Assembly: GCA_963825005.1 (NCBI GenBank)
Contig: CAWGRP010000009.1
Location: forward strand, 24,719 to 88,718
Source: an uncultured delta proteobacterium
GTDB taxonomy: Bacteria; Desulfobacterota; Syntrophorhabdia; Syntrophorhabdales; WCHB1-27
Length of the DNA stretch: 64,000 nucleotides
Reading direction: 5' to 3'
Shown piece by piece: positions 30,386 to 46,125 of the stretch. The translations under genes and the position numbers were made by a program. Each line of letters begins with the position of its first letter. Positions within the stretch are counted from its first letter, which is position 1. Under the pieces are notes generated by a model, which did no database searches, was not told the DNA's origin, and saw only the letters and a list, made by a program, of their open reading frames with translations.

Positions 30386-31381
30386 CTATTGCGAGCCCCA
30401 GGAATTCAAGAGATGCATATAATGCAGCCTTGATAACGACTTAGGATCAGGGATATGTTCAATGTTCATAGTGCCCCGCATTTGTCGGACCGACTCATAC
30501 TCATGCTGCTCCAGCCATTCGGCCAGCCCCTCGCGCAAGGTCTTCACGTGTCCGATCCCGTTCTTCTGCAGAGTCGAGCAGAGTTGTACGCAGTCTGCTC
30601 CTGCCATCACGGACTTCACCACGTCCTTCATGACGTGGACACCTCCGCTGGCCGCAAGTGAGCAGCTTACATTGCCCGAAATGATGGCAAGCCATCGTAG
30701 CCTGAGCAACAGCTCACGGGAATCGGACTGTTGAAGTTTTGAGATAGGTTCGAGATTGTCAATATCAATGTCCGGCTCGTAAAGCCGGTGCAGGAGGACG
30801 AGGCCGTCGGCCCCTTCTCCCACAAGCTGTCGTGCGAAGTTCGCTAATGAAGTGTGAAAGCCCGTAAGCTTCACGCTGACCGGGATGCTTACGTTTCTCT
30901 TCACTCTCCTTAGCGCCAGCAAAAACCGTCGCTCAATCGTTCTTCCCGACTCAGAGGCATCAGTTGCTACATAGTAGAAGTCCAGTTCCAGTGCATCCGC
31001 GCCTGCCTGCTCCATGCCCACTGCATAATCCTTCCATCGGGCGGCTGTAACGGCATTAATTGATGCTATGATCGGGACTCTGATATGCTTCTTCACCTCG
31101 GCAATATGCGCCATGTAGCTTTCAGCCTCGACGATCGCACGCTCAGGCTCCGCAAAATAGGAAAGCGCCTCAGGGAAGGACTCGGCAGGCGTGTCGATCG
31201 AGTTGAAAAGCTCCATCTCATCGCTCATCAGTTGTTCCTCGAAGAGCGGCGGAAGCACCACAGCAGCAATGCCGGCATCCTCCAGACGTTTGATCGTGTC
31301 GAGACGCACCGTGAACGGGGAAGCACCCGCAACAAACGGATTGGCGAGCGGTAGCCCAAGAAATGTCGTTGTGAGATCCAT
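30386..31381 (-). CDS. Dihydroorotate dehydrogenase-like (class 1 DHOD/DPD-fold) flavoprotein
   Basis: 331 aa with a TIM-barrel DHOD-family pattern (FLGLPLANPFVAGASP...VSVKL...ASGGV). It lacks features that would let me assign it to PyrD proper. Confidence 0.65.
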   Translation of the reverse strand: MDLTTTFLGLPLANPFVAGASPFTVRLDTIKRLEDAGIAAVVLPPLFEEQLMSDEMELFNSIDTPAESFPEALSYFAEPERAIVEAESYMAHIAEVKKHIRVPIIASINAVTAARWKDYAVGMEQAGADALELDFYYVATDASESGRTIERRFLLALRRVKRNVSIPVSVKLTGFHTSLANFARQLVGEGADGLVLLHRLYEPDIDIDNLEPISKLQQSDSRELLLRLRWLAIISGNVSCSLAASGGVHVMKDVVKSVMAGADCVQLCSTLQKNGIGHVKTLREGLAEWLEQHEYESVRQMRGTMNIEHIPDPKSLSRLHYMHLLNSWGSQ

Positions 31382-31415
31382 GTATCAATCCTCCTTACCC
31401 GGCGCAGCGCCGGAA

Positions 31416-35284
<3,869 letters not shown>

Positions 35285-35309
<25 letters not shown>

Positions 35310-36582
35310 TTCTCTCGTTTCGTTTGCAGCTCACGTTGGCACTTCAATTTGGCTTTCTTGATCGTTTCAATCGTCTGACGCGCGATCTCCCTTCTCCTCA
35401 TCGGTTTTTACCACCAGGATCTTGACCGAGGCGCTCTCATCCTGGATCTCTGCGACGTTTCCCGAGACGATCTGATTTCTTGTCTCGTCCAGTGCTTATG
35501 CCCATATGTTCGAGCCCGCTGCAGACTCTGGACGCGCACGGTCGTCGAATTCTCGCCGATGCCGCCGGTGAAGACAACCGCATCCAGCTTTCCAACAACC
35601 GCGAAGTAAGCGCCGATATATTTCTTGATGCGATAGCAGAACATATCAAGGGCAAGCAGGGCTCGGTCCGCGCCCGATCCGGCCTGCTCTTCTATCTCGC
35701 GCATGTCGGAGAGCCCGCAGATCCCCTTGAGGCCGCTTTGCGAATTGAGCGCTTTTTCCAGATCATCCGCTGACATACCTGTCTCTCTCATGATGAAGAA
35801 GTGCAGCGCCGGATCAATGTCTCCGGACCTCGTACCCATGACGAGGCCTTCCAGCGGTGTCAGGCCCATCGAAGTATCTATGCTCAAACCGCCGCGCACG
35901 GCAGCTACGCTCGCGCCATTGCCAAGATGGAGCGTGATAAGGTTCGTGCTCTCCGGCGCTTTGCCCAGGTATTTCGCAGCCTCTCTCGAGACGTAACGAT
36001 GGGAGCTACCGTGAAACCCGTATCTGCGGACGTGATGTTTCGCATACCAATCGTATGGAACGGCATAATGAAATGCGTGTGAAGGAAGGGTCTGGTGAAA
36101 CGCCGTGTCGAAGACCGCCACCTGCGGTACACGCGGAAACATCTTTCGGGCGGTCTCTATGCCGAGGAGATTGGAAGGATTGTGGAGCGGAGCCAAAGGT
36201 ATAAGGCTGCGGATAGCGTCAATAACCTGCGTCGTCGATCAGGGTCGGCTCTCTGAAAGAGCTCCCCGCCGTGGACCACGCGATGGCCGATGCCGAGAAG
36301 TTCGGAATCGTCCTTGATGATCTTGTCTTCACGGTTCACGTTCGCCATGAGTTCGAATCCTTCCCTGTGATCTGCCACACGTTTCGAAAGGACCTTCTCC
36401 TCGAACGTTCCGTCGGCGTTACGCCTCTTCTGACGCAGACGACCCTCGCCGCTTCCTATCTTCTCGACGAGACCTGATGCGAGCATGACAAAGTCCGGTG
36501 CGTTGAAAACTTCATACTTGATGGAGGAGCTACCGCAGTTAATCGTACAGCTACTTCTTTCATGGACACTCCGTGTCCTCAT
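35285..36582 (-). pseudogene. ackA: Acetate kinase, frame broken about five times
   Basis: INCGSSSIKY, LAPLHNP, FHGSSH, FTGGIGENS. Extra nucleotides lie near 36257, 36227, 35532, 35493 and 35390. The restored tail is ...RVCSGLEHMGISLDETRNQIVSGNVAEIQDESASVKILVVKTDEEKEIARQTIE. The 3' end is uncertain. Confidence 0.85.
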
Positions 36583-38661
36583 TGTTGCGCCTGGATCGCC
36601 GTAATAGCTATGGTGTTGACGATATCCGTCACGAGGGCGCCGCGGCTCAGATCGTTCACCGGTTTGTTGAGCCCCTGGAGTACGGGCCCGACGGCAACCG
36701 CATTCGCTGCCCGCTGCACTGCTTTGTACGCATTGTTGCCCGCATTCAAGTCGGGAAAGATGAAGACCGTGGCGCGACCTGCTACTTCGCTCTCCGGCAG
36801 CTTCACCTTCGCCACGGTGGCGTCAATGGCCGCATCGTATTGTATCGGCCCCTCGATTTTGAGATCCGGCCTGCGCATCCGGACCAGCCTGGTTGCTTCC
36901 CGCACCCGGTCGACATCTGCGCCGGTACCCGATTTGCCGGTGGAGTACGAGAGCATGGCAATCCGGGGCTCGATGCCAAAGCCGCTTGTCGTCTCCGCCG
37001 AGCTGATCGCGATGTCTGCAAGCTGTTCTGCTGTCGGGTCGGGGACAATTGCGCAGTCACCGTAGACCAATGTCCTGTCGGCAAGACACATGAAGAAGAC
37101 GCTCGATACAATCGAGATCCCCGGCCTGGTCTTCACGAACTCTAATGCCGGCCTGATAGTGTGCGCAGTGGTGTGTATTGAACCTGAGACCATGCCGTCG
37201 GCGAGCCCACGGTGCACCAGCATGGTGCCGAAGTAGCTGACATCGGTCATGGTGTCTCGTGCTATCTCCCTGGAGATGCCTTTTTGCTTGCGCAGCTCGT
37301 AGTAAGCGTCGGCGAAAACCGGAAGAAGCTCAGAGGTCTGGGGATCAATAATCACGGGCGCTCTCAATGGAAAGCCCGAGCTTTGCGGCTTTCTGCCGGA
37401 CTTCATCCTGGTTGCCGAGCAGGGTAATATCACAGAGATCGCGTAAAAGAGCGATTTCTGCTGCCCTGAGAATTCGCTCTTCAGTGCCCTCCGGTAGCAC
37501 AATGTGTTTACGCTGTTGCTTCGCCCTCCTGACGATCTCATACTGGAACATGAGAGGCGTGATCCGCTCAGAGCCTGTCACGGCAACCTGTTCAAGAAGC
37601 CCGGGCACGTCAATTGCGGATTCGACAATCCCGAGAATAGCGGCGATCTTCCGTTCGCTCTGCGAATTGAGAGACGGCCGCACGGCGCTGACACGCATGG
37701 CCGTGGTGAAGGTATCCGTTTCAACGCCCAGAACCGGCACGGGTGAGGCGATGAGCCCTTCGATCAGTTTGCGAACTTGGGGCGCCGGATCGGCGCTACC
37801 CGTGATGACGATGCCCGCCACTCTGGGGTAGGTGGTGGATCGGTCTGCAGCGAGAGCGCCCAGGATAATGTCGGATCGATCTGCAGGGGTTATGACGAGG
37901 CTTCCTTCTTCCAGATGATCGAGAAAGTTCGGGAGTTCCATAGCACCTATCTTGATGCTGTTGACCGCTCCGTCGAGCCAGTCGGCATCCCCGCTGATCT
38001 GCTTTGCATTGAGGGCGCTTGCGATCTCACGTACCGTTGGCTTTTCAAGAAGCGGCTCTTCCGGAAGCACATAGACCGGCCTGGCGGAAGGGAGTTGTCT
38101 TACGCAATCAAGTAGGGCATCTTTTTCGGCCGGCTCAACCCGGTTGACGATGATTGCGAGGAGATCGCACTTCTTCTCTTCCAGCGATTCGGTCAGGGCG
38201 CGCACTGCATTAACGAGTGTGGATTGATCCTTCCCGTGTCCGTTCAGAACAGGCACCAGGGGTGATCCGATATTCCTCGCAACCTCCACGTTGAAGTCGA
38301 ATTCCATGGCCACCGACACGCCGGTATAGTCCGTGCCCACGCAGAGAACGAACTCGGATTTGCTTTCGAGCGATTTGTACCGTTCGAGTATGCGGGTGTA
38401 AAGCTCATCGTACTTACCGGCTGTGAGAAGGGGTTTCGCATCCGCCATGGTAACGCCGTACATCTCATCAGCGGAAAACTGAAGACCATAGAGATCCATT
38501 GCGAGCGATATAAGCGTGTCCGACGCACCCTTCTCAGACACTACCGGCCTGAAGAGACTCGCGCTCGGAAGCCGTCCCGAGAGTTGCCCCATAAGAGCAA
38601 GTGCCACGACCCCCTTGCCGCTCTGTCCTTCAAGACTGGTGATGTAAAGACTCTTTGACAC
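36579..38661 (-). pseudogene. pta: Phosphate acetyltransferase, long form (N-terminal AAA/DRTGG region + PTA domain), frame broken once
   Basis: ORFs 37345..38661 and 36579..37541. One extra nucleotide near 37362 joins ...KLGLSIE to [11 protein letters not shown].... The stop overlaps the ackA start (ATGA). Confidence 0.9.
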
Positions 38662-38694
38662 TGTCGACTCCCTACCTTCTAGTTAGCGCCCTTT

Positions 38695-39860
38695 TCAGCT
38701 CATCTCCCTCGGCTGCCCGGTCGACGCGATGACGCTGTTCCAGAGCATGTCCTTGGGGTCTATCTTCTTGCGCTGCGACACCGCAAGTGAAATGGGTACG
38801 TGCGTGAACTGGTGGCTCCAGAAGCTGACGACCATGTTCGTTCGTCCGGTCATGCCGGCATGCACTGCACTCTGCCCGAGGAGAAGGCAGAAGGCAGAGT
38901 CATGCGGGTTCGCCGGCGTGCTCCTGATGGCGTAACTGGGATCGATGTACTTGAGGTTTATCTCTATGCCTGCCCGCTGGAAATAATTCTTTATGGCGTC
39001 CCTGAGAAAAATGCCGATATCGCCGTACTTGATGTTTCCTGAAGCGTCCCGCTCGCCGCTCTTCTCCATAAGATTCTGGCCCGCGCCCTCCGCAACAACG
39101 ATCACCGCGTGGCCCCTGCGCTCAAGCCGGTCCCTCAGGGCTGTGAGAAATCCGTCGAGAGTGAAGGGCACTTCAGGAACCAAACAGAAGTTCACGTGGT
39201 TGTCGACGAGGACCGAAAAGGCTGCGATGAATCCCGAGTCCCGGCCCATCAGTTTCACCAGCCCGATGCCGTTGCGCGCTGCCTCTGCCTCGGTGTTGGC
39301 TGCGTAGGTGGCCCGACGTGCCTCGGTAACCGCTGTCTCGAAACCGAAGGTTATCTGGACGAAGGAGATATCATTGTCGATCGTCTTTGGAATGCCGATG
39401 ACGCTCAACGGGAGCCCCCGTCGCATGGCTTCTTCACCGATCTTCTGTGCCCCGCGCAGCGTCCCGTCGCCACCGATGGCGAATAGAATGCCTATCTTCA
39501 GCTCCTCAAGGTAGTTCACCATCTCCGCCGGGTCCTGAGGCCCCCGGGACGAGCCCAGGATAGTCCCGCCCATTTCGTGGATGCGGACCGACCGATTCCG
39601 GTGAGAGCTCAAGCGGCTTGTGTCCGATACCGTGGCACAAGACCCTCGTACCCGAAGCGGAACCCGTAGACCTTACTCACGCCGTAATGGTGGTACAGGC
39701 TCAGGACGATCGAACGTATCACGTCGTTCAGCCCGGGACAGATTCCCCCGCATGTCACAATGCCGCACGCGAGCTGCGACGGATCGAAGCAGATCTTCTC
39801 CCTTGGTCCCGCGACTTCCATCGAAGGCGGATCAATGCGTTTGTCGATCCACGATTTCAT
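38695..39860 (-). pseudogene. pfkA: 6-phosphofructokinase (GGDG motif suggests ATP-dependent), frame broken twice
   Basis: [33 protein letters not shown]. Extra nucleotides lie near 39626 and 39590. The restored sequence is ...[33 protein letters not shown]. Confidence 0.85.
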
Positions 39861-40030
39861 CTCCTCAAGACGCGTGTGATAGAGAACGCGTTCATCATTA
39901 CCGAGTAAAGTGTACGCCCTTCATCGGGGAAGGGATCTTGCATTCGCCGATCCTGGCTATTGTAAAATCGAGCTCAGTGTTGCTCATTAGTCCTCCAATA
40001 CTCCATTCATCAACCGCTTACCAGAAACCG

Positions 40031-40268
40031 CTTCTTATCGCAGATAACAGCAGATAAGAGCTATGATAAGAGCGGATGATTCATTTCTTGACCGCCTGTG
40101 CGATACAGCGGCACAGCCGGTCAACCCCAGCACCTCCGGTGGGGTGAGACACCTGCGCGGAGCGCTGGAGGTGTGGACTGCATTGACGCTGTATCACAAT
40201 GCTGTCCACGGCCACACTCATCTGCGCACATCTCTCATTGCTCTCATCTGCGTGCATCTGCGATAAAA
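40031..40268 (+). repeat. R240 element, copy 6
   Basis: TTCTTATCGCAGATAACAGCAGATAAGAGC...GCTCTCATCTGCGTGCATCTGCGATAAAAA, with the same core hairpins. It ends 9 nt from the fba stop. Confidence 0.8.
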
Positions 40269-40276
40269 ATTCCGCC

Positions 40277-41300
40277 TCACTTCATCATCGTCGTGCCGAG
40301 ACCGCGTAGTTCGGTCACGGCCTGTTTTACACGTTCCGCCATAGACTTCTCAGCCGCGGTCAGGTACTCACGCGGGTCATACGTCTTCTTGTTGCCCACG
40401 TCACCGTCCACCTTGAGCACGCCGTTGTAGTTCTTGAACATATGGTCTGCAATGGCACGTGTAAATGCGTACTGCGTGTCGGTATCGATATTCATCTTCA
40501 CCACACCATAATCAACGGCCGCATGTATCTCGTCAATGGAAGAGCCCGAACCCCCGTGGAACACCAGGTAGAAACGGGCCTCCTCGCCGTACTGCTTGAC
40601 GACCGCATCCTGGCAATCTTTCAGGATGGAAGGTTTCAGCTTGACGTGGCCGGGCGCATAGACGCCGTGCACATTACCGAAAGTCGCGGCCAGCAGGTAG
40701 CGCGCCCCTGATCGGGTTAAGCCGGCGCGCAACTTCGAGGGTATCCTCGGGGGTAGTGTACAGCTTTGCTGAAGCGCTCGCCTTCACGCCGTCTTCTTCT
40801 CCTCCCACTACGCCCGCTTCGATTTCGAGGATCAGCTCGCTCTTCCGGAACCGTTCGAGCAGCTTCGCCGCAATGTCGAGATTTTCGTTCAGGGGAAGCG
40901 CGCTCCCGTCGAACATGTGGGCAGTGAAGAGGTTCGGCTTTCCTGCCGCGCGCCGCCTCTCCGTCTCTTCCACGAGCGGGATCACAAACTTCTCGAGGTT
41001 GCCTGCGGTGCAATGGTCTGTGTTGAGCGCCACGTAGATGGGATATCTGTCTGCGACGCGGTGGACGTGTTCGGCTATCGACATCGCGCCGAGAGCCATG
41101 TCCTTGATGGAAGAGCCTGAGGCAAAGGCGCCCCCGCCCGTAGAGATCTGGATGATCCCGTCGCTTTTGCTTTCGGCGAGCCCTTTCAGGACTGCATTCG
41201 CCGTGGTGAGCGATGTGACGTTGAAGGCAGGATAGGCAAAATGATTCTTCCGGGCTTTATCGAGCATTTCGCAAAATATCGCATAGTTCGCAAACGGCAT
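40277..41300 (-). pseudogene. fba: Class II fructose-1,6-bisphosphate aldolase, frame broken once
   Basis: MPFANYAIFCEML... preceded by RBS AAAGGAGGA. ALNTDHC, FGNVHGVY, VFHGGSG. An extra nucleotide in the 40700-40712 G/C run joins the two ORFs. Confidence 0.9.
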
Positions 41301-41319
41301 ATGATCCTCCTTTTGCTTG

Positions 41320-43470
41320 TTATCGTAGCCACACCTTGGCAAACGGCGCCAAGGAATGGCACCGCATTGTTACGCGCCTGGTCAGCAGGAGCACCACCGA
41401 GCGCGGCTGGACCAGGTACGTCGAACCATCGACGGTCGGTGCTTCAGGCCAGGGGTGTATATCGTCGGGTGAATCGAGAAACGTATCGATGCTTCTCCGC
41501 CAGGGCTCATACTCATGGCTGCCTGAGGGATCTCAAATGAGAGCGCTTCCCAGAAAGCATTGACCATGATGTGCAGGAGGAGTTGGTTTCCCGGGACGGC
41601 AACAGTGGCAGACACTACGTGAGACTGGTCGCCCCAGTCGGGAGCGTTAAGCTTGACCCCGTGCCATTGAACCGGTTGGTTGCGCAGCAGTTCGTTCAAG
41701 CTCATGTTCGCCCGCTCTATCGGCAGTTCGCGATTCCGGCGTACCGCGATGAGGTGCTTCGTAAAGCGAAGGATGTCTGCATGCTTCGCCACACGCGCCC
41801 AATCGAACCAGCTGATCTCGTTGTCCTGGCAGTATGCATTGTTGTTGCCGCCCTGGCTGTGTCTTATCTTCATCGCCCATGAGTAGCATGGGTGTACCTA
41901 TCGAAAGGAGCGTGAGGGTGAGGAAATTTTTCACCTGGCGATTACGTAGCCGCTCAACCTCCGGATCGTCGGTGGGCCCCTCGACGCCACAGTTCCAGCT
42001 CATGTTGTCATTCGATCCGTCGCGGTTCTCTTCGCGGTTCGCCTCGTTGTGCTTATAGTTGTAGGAGACAAGATCGTTAAGGGTGAAGCCGTCGTGACAG
42101 GTAACAAAATTGATAGACTGCTCCGGCTCACGCCCTTTGTGCCCGTATATATCAGGGCTCCCGAGTAGCCGTTGGGCTATGGATCCGGCCTTCCCATCAT
42201 CGCCTTTTACGAAGGCGCGGATGTCGTCACGAAAGCGGCCGTTCCATTCCTTCCACCCGTCGCCCACAAAACTGCCCACCTGGTAGAGACCCGCTGCATC
42301 CCATGCCTCAGCGATCAACTTCACGTTGGCAAGCACCGGATCAGACTCGATATCCCAGAGCACAGGGGGAGACGGCATGGGATGGCCGTTGCTGTCCCGC
42401 GAAAGTATCGACGCCAGGTCAAAACGGAAGCCGTCAACATGCATCTCGCTGACCCAGTAACGAAGACTGTCAATGATCATTCTCCTGCAGATGGGTTCAT
42501 TCGCATTTAAGGTGTTGCCGCACCCGGTGTAATTACCGTAAAGAGCCTTGTTCGATTCGAGAATGTAATAGGCTTCGTTGGAAAGACCGCGGAAACAGAA
42601 GGTCGGGCCATTCTCATTGCCCTCAGCGGTATGGTTGTAGACCACGTCCAGGATCACCTCGATATTGGCACGGTGGAGCGCCTTGACCATGTCCCGGAAC
42701 TCATCCAGCACGCCAAGCGGATCCTGGCGCTGAGCTGTAGCCGGCATGGGGTGCAAAAAAAGCGATGGGAGAATAACCCCAGTAATTGCAAAGGCCCGGA
42801 GGGCCGTCCTGTTCGTCGAATGCAAACACGGGCAGCAGTTCAACCGCGGTGATCCCGAGGTCCTGAAGATACGGGATTTTTTCTATCAGCCCTGCGTACG
42901 TGCCTCTTTTGTCAGGGGCAACACCTGAATTGGGATGTCTTCGTGAAGCCGCCGATATGCAATTCGTAAATGACCGATCTGACAAAAGGCATTCGTAGCA
43001 GCGTGTCATCTTCCCAGTCGTACGCGCTCGATGTCAGCGACCACGCTTTTCATGGCAGAGGCGGCATTATCTCCGGGCTTGGACGCGGCATCGCGGCTGT
43101 AGCCTGCCGGCCGGGCAATGCACCTTCCGTACGGATCGAGCAGCACCTTCTCCGAATCGAACCGGAGTCCTCGTTCCGGCTCAAAAGGGCCGCGCACCCG
43201 ATAGGCATAGAGTTGTCCCGCCGTAATAGCCGGCACGAATACGTGCCAGTAGTGGTACGTACGATTGGTATGCCGGTCCAGCTCCACCACGCGGGACGGC
43301 TTCGGATCGTCGACCCGATCGAAAAGAAGCAGCTGCACCCCTTCGCTCTGCTTCGAAAAAAGACTGAAGTTCACGCCTTCAGGGTAGATTGTGGCACCGA
43401 GCGGAAAACTCCTGCCGTAAGAAAGAGGGGTGGTTTCATGTGTGCGAATTGTGCTGCGTTCTCTATTCAT
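41320..43470 (-). pseudogene. glgX: Glycogen debranching enzyme (GlgX/isoamylase, GH13), frame broken about five times
   Basis: GH13 regions VILDVVYNHT, GFRFDLAS, LIAEAWD, FVTCHDGFTLND. Breaks lie near 43024, 42940, 42734, 41868 and 41515. The start ATG overlaps the glk stop (ATGA at 43467-43470). The reconstructed stop is at 41320-41322. Confidence 0.85.
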
Positions 43471-44144
43471 CGCGCGCCTCTCTGTTTGCGAATGCCCGCT
43501 TTGTCCCACATGAGAAATCCTCCGCGGAAGGCATTGTCATTGTGACCCTTACGGCAACCCGGAGGCAACTCCTTCAGCTTATGAACATTGCCGCCGCCTA
43601 TGACCACTTCGTCAATCAGCAGCGCACTTGTCATCCGGGTTACACAGGCAAAAACGTGCTGCTGCCATTTCTTGAATCCGAGGCGCTCCAAACCTCTGTG
43701 TCCCAGGTACCCTTCATAGGTGCCTCTCTTGTAGGGCAGGTGACCGAGTTCCATGGGCTGCAGCTGACCGCTCACGATTAAGGCGCTGCCGAGGCCGGTT
43801 CCGAGGCCCAGGAAGAACATCCTTCCGCCTTTGTAACTGCCAAGCGCCTGCATAGCCGCGTCATTTAAGATTTTCACAGGACACCCGAAGGCAGCCTCAT
43901 AGTCAAACCCAACCCAGCCGCGTCCCAGGTTGCGCGGTTCCGCCATCGGATGGCCGTCGAGGACCGGGCCAGGGTAACCGATCGATACCACATCATACTT
44001 CCACCCGTTGGCAACCTGCCTCACTCTTGATACCATCTGCTCGGCCGTGAAGGTAGGACCTGAGTGAAAGGCCCGGGGCGTTTCCTGCCCCGTCGCCAAT
44101 ATCTTGATGCTGGTCCCGCCCACATCGACGACGAGAACTCTCAT
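43467..44144 (-). CDS. ROK-family sugar kinase (glucokinase / polyphosphate-glucokinase-like)
   Basis: MRVLVVDVGGTSIK phosphate-1 motif, ILNDAAMQALG, GLGTGLGSA. 225 aa. Confidence 0.7.
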   Translation of the reverse strand: MRVLVVDVGGTSIKILATGQETPRAFHSGPTFTAEQMVSRVRQVANGWKYDVVSIGYPGPVLDGHPMAEPRNLGRGWVGFDYEAAFGCPVKILNDAAMQALGSYKGGRMFFLGLGTGLGSALIVSGQLQPMELGHLPYKRGTYEGYLGHRGLERLGFKKWQQHVFACVTRMTSALLIDEVVIGGGNVHKLKELPPGCRKGHNDNAFRGGFLMWDKAGIRKQRGAR

Positions 44145-44164
44145 GAAAAAACTCCAAGTACCTT

Positions 44165-44272
44165 AGTAATCAGTCATCAGTAATCAGTTAACAGTTGCCA
44201 GTGATCAGTAAGAGCAATCGACACCGATTACCGATTACTGATAACTGATCACTCTCTTTGTTCACTGATCAC
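44165..44272. repeat. Heptamer-word dyad element E (CAGTRAT / ATYACTG)
   Basis: AGTAATCAGTCATCAGTAATCAGTTAACAGTTGCCAGTGATCAGTAAGAG, a spacer, then GATTACCGATTACTGATAACTGATCACTC...CACTGATCAC. Confidence 0.7.
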
Positions 44273-45929
44273 TTTTTTTCGTCGCCAGATCCTGGCTCAA
44301 TATTTTTTTGGCCTCGTCTACAATCGTCTGCAGGTGCGCTTCATCCTTGAAGCTCTCTGCGTAGAGCTTGTATATGTTCTCTGTTCCGGACGGCCTGGCT
44401 GCAAACCAGCCGCTGTCTGTCACGACTTTCAAACCACCAATAGGCGCTCCATTGCCTGGAGCAGATGAGAGTTTCGCCAGGATCGGCTCGCCCGCTAATT
44501 GCTTCGCCGTTACGTCCTCTGGAGAGAGGTTTGCCAATCGCGCCTTCTGCTCGGGTGTTGCCGGTGTATCAATCCTTGTGTAATACGGCGTTCCCAGCCG
44601 AGCCGTAATCTCCTTATAGAGCTCACCAGGGTCACGACCGGTCCTGGCCGTGATCTCGGCTGCCAGCAGATTCATGATGAGGCCGTCCTTGTCAGTCGCC
44701 CAGACGCTGCCGTCTTTTCTCAGGAAACTTGCTCCTGCACTTTCTTCGCCTCCGAAACAGTACGATCCGTCAAACAACCCGTCCACAAACCACTTGAAAC
44801 CAACAGGCACTTCTGACAAGGTCCGCCCGAGGCTCTTCACAACACGGTCGATAAGGCTACTGCTCACCAGCGTCTTGCCGATAGCCGCTTTCACGGGCCA
44901 TTCGGGACGGTGAGCGAGCAGGTAATTTATTGCTACGGCAAGATAATGGTTGGGATTCAGAAGGCCCATTGAACGGGTGACGATGCCGTGCCGGTCTGCG
45001 TCGGTGTCGTTTGCGAAAGCGATCTGAAACTGATCTTTTAGCCCCACCAGCCGGGCCATGGCATATGGGCTCGAGCAATCCATCCTGATCTTGCCGTCGT
45101 GATCGACGGTCATAAAGGCGAACTGCGGATCCACCTTGGAATTGACAACCGTGATGTCGAGACCATAGATGGCCCTGATCGGCTCCCAGTAGTGGACCGA
45201 GGCCCCGCCGAGCGGATCGCAGCCGATTTTGATGGCTGCAGATCGTATGGCATCGATATCGATGACATTGGACAGGTCCTTTACGTAAGGCATCATAAAA
45301 TCTTGCTGGTGTGTCGTCTTGCCCTTCAAAGCAGAGTCGTAAGGGATGCGCTTGACCTCGCGGTTGCCGGAGCGCAACAGATCATTGGCGCGGTCCTGGA
45401 TCCATCGCGTCACGTGGGTATCGGCAGGCCCGCCGTTGGGCGGATTGTATTTGAAACCGCCGTCCTCGGGCGGGTTGTGCGACGGCGTTACCACGATACC
45501 GTCGGCCAGGCCGTTTTTCCGGCCGCGGTTATACGTGAGGATGGCGTGAGAGACGACCGGCGTGGGGGTGAAGCCATCGTCCTTCTGGATCATCGTTTCG
45601 ACGCCATTCGCTGCAAGCACTTCGAGCGCCGTACGCTGGGCAGGCCCGGACAATCCATGCGTGTCCTTGCCCAAGAAAAGCGGTCCATCGGTCTTCTGGG
45701 CGAGCCGGTAGTCGCAAATCGCCTGCGTGGTGGCGAGAATGTGCGCTTCGTTAAAAGTGCCGCGTAATGACGAGCCGCGGTGTCCGCTGGTACCGAAGCT
45801 CACCAGTTGCAGAGGATCGCCTGTATCGGGCTGACGCTCATAATATTCCCGTTCGAGCCGGGCGAGGTCAACGAGCAGTTCCTTTGGCGCCGGCTTACCG
45901 GCAAGAGGGGATAGTGCCATATCAGTCAC
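44262..45929 (-). CDS. pgm: Phosphoglucomutase (alpha-D-glucose-phosphate specific)
   Basis: Active-site loop [15 protein letters not shown]. 555 aa, colinear with Pgm. Confidence 0.9.
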   Translation of the reverse strand: MTDMALSPLAGKPAPKELLVDLARLEREYYERQPDTGDPLQLVSFGTSGHRGSSLRGTFNEAHILATTQAICDYRLAQKTDGPLFLGKDTHGLSGPAQRTALEVLAANGVETMIQKDDGFTPTPVVSHAILTYNRGRKNGLADGIVVTPSHNPPEDGGFKYNPPNGGPADTHVTRWIQDRANDLLRSGNREVKRIPYDSALKGKTTHQQDFMMPYVKDLSNVIDIDAIRSAAIKIGCDPLGGASVHYWEPIRAIYGLDITVVNSKVDPQFAFMTVDHDGKIRMDCSSPYAMARLVGLKDQFQIAFANDTDADRHGIVTRSMGLLNPNHYLAVAINYLLAHRPEWPVKAAIGKTLVSSSLIDRVVKSLGRTLSEVPVGFKWFVDGLFDGSYCFGGEESAGASFLRKDGSVWATDKDGLIMNLLAAEITARTGRDPGELYKEITARLGTPYYTRIDTPATPEQKARLANLSPEDVTAKQLAGEPILAKLSSAPGNGAPIGGLKVVTDSGWFAARPSGTENIYKLYAESFKDEAHLQTIVDEAKKILSQDLATKKSDQ

Positions 45930-45939
45930 TCCTTAAATT

Positions 45940-46125
45940 CAGTGTCGAGTGTCAGGTGTCGGGTGAAGATTCAGAAAGAACAACCGCTCGGTATTTCCAG
46001 AAGCCAGACGGTCTATTTACCCAATACACTTTACGTTCCTCCTTCATCATCTCACTCTCGTTATTTCTTATTTTTTCCCTCGACACTCGACCCTCGACAC
46101 TTTCTCACTTGTCACTCGTCACTCC
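45940..46125. repeat. Heptamer-word dyad element F (GTGTCGA / TCGACAC)
   Basis: CAGTGTCGAGTGTCAGGTGTCGGGTG, a ~110-nt spacer, then CCCTCGACACTCGACCCTCGACACTTTCTCACTTGTCACTCGTCACTCC. The glgP stop lies inside the right arm. Confidence 0.7.

Noticed and set aside
41357-41372. TGGCACCGCATTGTTA on the + strand, which is sigma-54-like.
   Set aside because: The -12 element is TTGT and is one position out of register. The site lies inside the reconstructed glgX 3' coding region, and no + strand gene follows.
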